Translations under genes and position numbers: made by a program | The notes under the pieces: model-generated | Told to the model about the DNA's origin: nothing | The model's database searches: none | Seen by the model: the letters and a program-made list of their open reading frames with translations, nothing else | In this document: one piece after another, positions 45,330 to 49,659 of the stretch | Layout: each line of letters begins with the position of its first letter | How positions within the stretch are numbered: the stretch's first letter is position 1 | NCBI GenBank assembly: GCA_038128265.1 | Contig: JAYPJE010000032.1 | Coordinates: 1-49,659, forward strand | Direction: 5' to 3' | DNA length: 49,659 nucleotides | Source: Gemmatimonadota bacterium | Lineage (GTDB): Bacteria; Latescibacterota; UBA2968; UBA8231

Positions 45330-46226
45330 ATGCGATTGAACGATGGCGATATTGCTCGGTTTAACGAAGAAGGCTATTTGCTCGTGCGCGGTGCGCTGGA
45401 AGAGCGCGATCTCGATCCGGTTATTGAAGAATATGAGGCCTATATAGATCATCGGGCCGAACAGCTCTTGGCTGAGGGCAAGATTTCGCAGACCTATGCC
45501 GACGAGCCCTTTGATCGGCGTTTGGCCAGCATTTGCAGCGAAAACAGCGAGATCTACCCCGAGTTGGACATTATGCAGCTGCGCGGCCGCGCCTGCTTTG
45601 AGTTTCTCGGCAACGACAATCTGCTCGATCTGATCGAAGGGTTGGTCGGGCCGGAAATCACCTGCAGTCCCATCCAACACGTGCGCCCCAAACTCCCTGT
45701 GGGGTTAACGCCGAGCGGCAGCGATGCCCACGAGGTGCCATGGCACCAGGACGCGGGCGTTACCTGGGAAGAGGCCGATCCGTATTTCATACTAACGGTT
45801 TGGCTGCCGCTGGTTCCTGCGACGGTGGAAAAGGGTTGTTTGGAAATTATCCCGCGCACACACGGTCGCGGTTTGTGGCAGCACCACAGCAAGCGAGGTG
45901 TTGGCACGACCATTGTCGATGAAGCTATGCCGCAGGAAGAAGGGGTGATTTTGCCGATGGACAAGGGCGATGTGCTGCTCATGCACAAGGAAATACCCCA
46001 TCGCTCAAAGGCCAATTTTTCGGATGCTATTCGCTGGAGCATGGATTTGCGCTACCAGCAGACCGGCACGCCCACCGGTCGTCCTTTTCAGCCGGATTTC
46101 CCAGTGCGCAGCGCTGCGGATCCAGACTCCGTGCTGCGCGACTACAGCGAGTGGTGTCGGCGTTGGGAAACGGCGCTGGCTTCGCCGCCGTCGCGCGGAG
46201 CACACCGCTGGGCTACGGCCGAGTAG
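45330..46226 (+). CDS. Phytanoyl-CoA dioxygenase (PhyH)-family protein
   Basis: FNEEGYL, PWHQDAG, TVWLPL, GCLEIIP, HRSKANFSDAIRWSMDLRY; AAGGAGG RBS before ATG 45330. Confidence 0.9.
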   Translation: MRLNDGDIARFNEEGYLLVRGALEERDLDPVIEEYEAYIDHRAEQLLAEGKISQTYADEPFDRRLASICSENSEIYPELDIMQLRGRACFEFLGNDNLLDLIEGLVGPEITCSPIQHVRPKLPVGLTPSGSDAHEVPWHQDAGVTWEEADPYFILTVWLPLVPATVEKGCLEIIPRTHGRGLWQHHSKRGVGTTIVDEAMPQEEGVILPMDKGDVLLMHKEIPHRSKANFSDAIRWSMDLRYQQTGTPTGRPFQPDFPVRSAADPDSVLRDYSEWCRRWETALASPPSRGAHRWATAE

Positions 46227-46245
46227 GAGAATAGCCAATACAGTG

Positions 46246-46290
46246 AGAGAGGGTCGCAGCATCGCAGTGGCGGTGTTGCGACCCTCTTTT
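46246..46290 (+). terminator. Intrinsic terminator between convergent genes
   Basis: AGAGGGTCGCAGCATCGC-AGTG-GCGGTGTTGCGACCCTCT-TTT; long stem with G-U pairs. Confidence 0.85.
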
Positions 46291-46312
46291 CGTAGGGGTA
46301 GGATGTTGGCTG

Positions 46313-47836
46313 TCAGGAGCGGATTTGTGTGTCGCTCTGCAAGCCGCGCAAGAGGCTATAGCCCGCTAGTAAGACGACTAGCGCAAAGGGAAGTCCGGTA
46401 GTGATGACCCCCGTCTGCAACGCACTAAGTCCTCCTCCAACCAGCAGCACGGCGGCAATGATGCCTTCAGTCACGGCCCAAAAGACGCGCTGTGCGGTCG
46501 GTGGATCGGGGTGGCCGCCGGCTGTAATGATGTCGATGACGAGGGAAGCGGAGTCGGACGAAGTGACAAAGAAGATGGCGATGACTACGACGCTAAGTGC
46601 TGAAGTCAGTGCGGCCAGCGGTAAGCTATCCAAGAGCACAAAGAGCGCTGTCGAGACGTTTGCGTTGACGGCATCCATGATGCCCCCACTGCCGTACATT
46701 TCGCTAAAGAGGGCGCTGTTGCCAAAGACCGTTAACCAAAGAAAAGTAATGGAAGTTGGCACCAACAGAACGCCGAGCAGAAACTGGCGTATGGTCCGTC
46801 CGCGCGATATACGGGCGATGAAAATGCCGACAAAGGGAGACCAGGCAATCCACCAAGCCCAGTAGAAAATAGTCCAACTGTGTTGCCATGTGCCCTGCGC
46901 GTCGTAGGCCTCAGTCATTAGGCCAAGTTTGACGATGTTTGATAGATAGGCGCCGATATTTTGAATCAGGGAATCGAGTAGGTGCAGAGAAGGGCCGGCG
47001 AGAAATACAAAAATGAGCAGGGCCGTGGCGACAATCATATTGAGCTCTGAGAGGCGGCGAATGCCCTTGTCGATGCCCAGGACGACCGAAGCTGTTGCCA
47101 TCAGCGTGATAAAGGCGATGAGTGCGGTTTGTTGACTGCTGCCCAGGCCGATGGAGAACAGATAGTCGAGTCCGGCATTGACTTGCTGGGCGCCTAAGCC
47201 AAGGGAGGTCGCTAGGCCGAATAGCGTGGCGACGGCGGCCAATGTGTCGATCAAGTTGCCAATGGGGCCATGGATGCGTTCGCCCAATAGGGGGTAGAAG
47301 ACCGAGCGAATGGTGAGCGGTAAGGCGCGATTGAACGAGAAGTAGGCCAATCCCAGTGCCATGAGTGCATAGAGGGCCCAGGCGTGTAGCCCCCAGTGGA
47401 AGAAGGTGATACCCATCGCTAACTCGGCTGCCTGGGGGGTTTGGGCTTCTCCCCAAGGTGGAGCTGCAAAATGAAACATGGGCTCGGCAACGCTCCAGAA
47501 TACCAGTCCAATGCCCATGCCGGCGCTGAAGAGCATGGAAAACCAGCTCCACGTAGCAAACTCTGGTCGCGCATCTTCTCCGCCCAGGCGAATAGTTCCA
47601 TAACGACTGAGAAGCAGGTAGATGACGATACCCAAATAGATATTGACCGAAAGGACGAAGAGCCATCCTGCATGGGTCGTAATCGCCGTCTGCACGGCGC
47701 TGAATACCTCGCTTAGCTCCGAGAGGTAGAGCAGACTAAAGGCAACAAAAAAAGTGCTCAAACCTGCAGACGACCAGAACACGGTGGGATGTACGTGCAG
47801 TTTCCATCGATTGCTGTCGGTATCGGTCAAGTTCAA
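46313..47836 (-). CDS. BCCT-family transporter (glycine betaine, BetP/OpuD-like)
   Basis: SMLFSAGMGIGLVFW, FFHWGLHAW, WTIFYWAWWIAWSPFVGIFIARISRGRTIRQF, FFVTSSDS. AGMGIG rather than the AGIGID of choline BetT; no long C-terminal domain. Confidence 0.93.
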   Translation of the reverse strand: MNLTDTDSNRWKLHVHPTVFWSSAGLSTFFVAFSLLYLSELSEVFSAVQTAITTHAGWLFVLSVNIYLGIVIYLLLSRYGTIRLGGEDARPEFATWSWFSMLFSAGMGIGLVFWSVAEPMFHFAAPPWGEAQTPQAAELAMGITFFHWGLHAWALYALMALGLAYFSFNRALPLTIRSVFYPLLGERIHGPIGNLIDTLAAVATLFGLATSLGLGAQQVNAGLDYLFSIGLGSSQQTALIAFITLMATASVVLGIDKGIRRLSELNMIVATALLIFVFLAGPSLHLLDSLIQNIGAYLSNIVKLGLMTEAYDAQGTWQHSWTIFYWAWWIAWSPFVGIFIARISRGRTIRQFLLGVLLVPTSITFLWLTVFGNSALFSEMYGSGGIMDAVNANVSTALFVLLDSLPLAALTSALSVVVIAIFFVTSSDSASLVIDIITAGGHPDPPTAQRVFWAVTEGIIAAVLLVGGGLSALQTGVITTGLPFALVVLLAGYSLLRGLQSDTQIRS

Positions 47837-47857
47837 ATTTCCTGTTTTGGTATGGCC

Positions 47858-48688
47858 TTAGGCTTTCTCGAAATGAAAAATGCCCCAGTTCAGGTGGCGC
47901 TCGTGGCCTCCATCTACCCAGTGTTGCAAGCCCTTTACCATGCGACTTATATAGGCTAGACTGACGTGCTGACGCAGTGTAGAATCGAGGCGAACCATCT
48001 CTTCGAGCACGCGCTGATAGTGAATGGATAGCTGTGCTGTTAGGTCTTCGAAGCTGCGTTCAGTCCAACCCAGGCTCTGTGCGTTAGAGCGATAAAAACT
48101 CGGTGAACCGAGTGAGTCGAGGTGTATGCGGTCGAGAATGGGCTGTAACACGCCGTCGGGGCAGTCATCCGATTGCATGGGATCGGTGAAAATAAACTGG
48201 CCGCCCTCGCGCAGAACGCGATCGACTTCGCGCAGCACGGTTGTGCGTGCGCTGCTGTGCAGCATTGCGTCCTGCGACCAGACCACATCAAAACTTTCTG
48301 GGTCACAGGGAATGTCTTCAAAGTTGCCGTCGATCACCTCTATTGAGTCACTCAAGCCAGCGGATTCGTTAAGGCGTCGGTGGCGTTCGTTCTCGACGCT
48401 GCTGAGGTTGAGCGCCGTTACGTGAACGCCATGGGTGGAAGCCAGGTAGCGCGCGGCACCGCCAAATCCCGATCCAAGATCGAGCACGCGCATACCTGTG
48501 GTTAACCCCAAGCGCTGAGTCATGTGCTCCACGGTGCGCCGACTCGCAGCAGCAATTTCACCGTTGGGCTGATCGTAAAGGCCTATGTGGATGTCTTCTC
48601 CGCCCCAAATGAGTGCGTAGAAGTTGTCTGCGTCGGCGCTATCGTAATAGTCGCGGGCCGTTTCAACCGCTACCGATTGCTGAGGCAT
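47858..48688 (-). CDS. sdmt: Sarcosine/dimethylglycine N-methyltransferase
   Basis: ARDYYDSADADNFYALIWGGEDIHIGLY, LDLGSGFGG, WSQDAMLHS, FTDPMQ, PILDRIHL, GLQHWVDGG. Confidence 0.92.
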   Translation of the reverse strand: MPQQSVAVETARDYYDSADADNFYALIWGGEDIHIGLYDQPNGEIAAASRRTVEHMTQRLGLTTGMRVLDLGSGFGGAARYLASTHGVHVTALNLSSVENERHRRLNESAGLSDSIEVIDGNFEDIPCDPESFDVVWSQDAMLHSSARTTVLREVDRVLREGGQFIFTDPMQSDDCPDGVLQPILDRIHLDSLGSPSFYRSNAQSLGWTERSFEDLTAQLSIHYQRVLEEMVRLDSTLRQHVSLAYISRMVKGLQHWVDGGHERHLNWGIFHFEKA

Positions 48689-48691
48689 GGT

Positions 48692-49534
48692 CTATTGCTC
48701 CGCCTTTTCGGTGCTCTCTTCTACGTAGGATTTTTCGGCAATGTGGACATAGAAATCGGGTTCTTTGTCGCGGTATGTCTCCTGGAAATCGCCGTACGTG
48801 CCAATAGTTTGGAAGCCAACTTCATGCATCAATCGGCGCGTGTAGTCCTTGCGCAGGGGAAACATATTGAGGAAATAGATCGATTGATCGGGGAACTGAT
48901 AGCGGAAGCGGGCTAAGCCCTCGTCGACAAACTCGGGTTCTGCGCGGATGTCCTCGCCGCAGTAATAGTAGGTATGCTTGCTGTCAAAACCATCGTCGAG
49001 GATGCTATCGTAATTTCGCTGGTCTAGTATCAGGATGCCGTCGTGTGTGAGCATGGCGTAAAACTCGGCCAGGGCCTTGCGGCGGTCGTGCTCTTTGAAC
49101 ATATGGGTGAACGAATTGCCCAAGCAGATAATTGCGTCAAACTCTCCGTGGATGTCACGGTTGAGATAGCGCCAGTCTGCCTGTACTGTTCGCATCACCA
49201 ATCCGCGCCTGCGCGCATTCTCGAACGCCTTGTATAGCATCTGCGGGCTGCCGTCGGCGCTGACGACCTCAAAGCCGGCCTGCAGAAGGCGCACCGAGTG
49301 AAATCCCGTGCCAGTAGCCACATCGAGGATGCGCTTCGCACCGCGCTCTTTAAGTTGGTCTATAAAAAAATCGCCTTCGCCTAAGGCGCGGCGATCCCAA
49401 TCGATCAGTTCATCCCATTTATCGACGAAGCCCCACACGTACTCTTGCACGTAGTTATCCGTGTTGCGCGTGGAGATGGGATCAAGGCCGAAATCCTGTT
49501 TAGTCTGTTCTTCACTACAAGTAGTCGTTGGCAT
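48692..49534 (-). CDS. gsmt: Glycine/sarcosine N-methyltransferase
   Basis: EYVWGFVDKWDELIDW, GEGDFFI, LDVATGTGFHSVRL, CLGNSFTH, LDQRNYD, TYGDFQET. Confidence 0.93.
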   Translation of the reverse strand: MPTTTCSEEQTKQDFGLDPISTRNTDNYVQEYVWGFVDKWDELIDWDRRALGEGDFFIDQLKERGAKRILDVATGTGFHSVRLLQAGFEVVSADGSPQMLYKAFENARRRGLVMRTVQADWRYLNRDIHGEFDAIICLGNSFTHMFKEHDRRKALAEFYAMLTHDGILILDQRNYDSILDDGFDSKHTYYYCGEDIRAEPEFVDEGLARFRYQFPDQSIYFLNMFPLRKDYTRRLMHEVGFQTIGTYGDFQETYRDKEPDFYVHIAEKSYVEESTEKAEQ

Positions 49535-49582
49535 ATCTACACATTCTTTTTTGAGTTTTCGTCTCTTTATAGTCGGATCGTG

Positions 49583-49659
49583 TTATGCGTTGGCTTTGCG
49601 CTTGAGCGCAGCGGCCTTGTCGGTTTTTTCCCAGATGAATTCGGGCAGCGCACGGCCGA
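49583..49659 (-). CDS. metK: S-adenosylmethionine synthetase, C-terminal end (gene enters from right edge)
   Basis: Read manually: (F)GRALPEFIWEKTDKAAALKRKANA*, matching the MetK C-terminal HFGR...F-x-WEKTDK signature. Only about 25 codons are visible. Confidence 0.75.
   Translation of the reverse strand, partial: GRALPEFIWEKTDKAAALKRKANA

Noticed and set aside
45156..45680. 174-aa minus-strand ORF abutting the beta-helix gene
   Set aside because: Mostly antisense to the PhyH gene, which has a strong RBS and clear motifs.
46313..47836. Apparently lower GC in the BCCT gene as a sign of horizontal transfer
   Set aside because: Only spot-checked by eye; hydrophobic membrane proteins are T-rich anyway, and there is no flanking integrase, tRNA or direct repeat.

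Overview
GC-rich bacterial chromosomal window, almost entirely coding. I found no tRNA, rRNA, CRISPR array or transposase. The rsmB-PASTA-rpe order, a YPNPFN/FlgD-Ig sorting-domain protein and the many PhyH, Gfo/Idh/MocA, amidohydrolase and ceramidase-type genes suggest an FCB-superphylum organism such as Ca. Latescibacterota (inference only). Left to right: (1) a minus-strand run of a c-di-GMP-I (GEMM-I)-like riboswitch with non-canonical ligand-pocket bases, a stand-alone fliG, a possible 23-aa ORF, three tandem L-amino-acid-ligase-type ATP-grasp genes, a LysA-fold PLP decarboxylase and an SSS transporter (cut by the edge); (2) a catabolic operon (beta-propeller, creatininase-like, GH2, 3-hydroxyacyl-CoA dehydrogenase); (3) housekeeping genes ffh-rpsP-rimM-trmD-rplS, rsmB-PASTA-rpe and recJ-apgM-GDPD; (4) signalling and envelope genes (stand-alone cNMP-binding proteins, DUF4398-like lipoprotein, one intact and one apparently dead L,D-transpeptidase, YkgJ, HDOD, a PAS-HisKA protein lacking HATPase, a transporter-HEAT-cNMP fusion); (5) a metK(partial)-gsmt-sdmt-BCCT glycine betaine synthesis and transport cluster. 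The best novelty candidates are the variant riboswitch, with a readable ON-switch expression platform, and the ATP-grasp x3/decarboxylase cluster that may lie under its control. All family calls come from motif recognition by eye; no searches were run.
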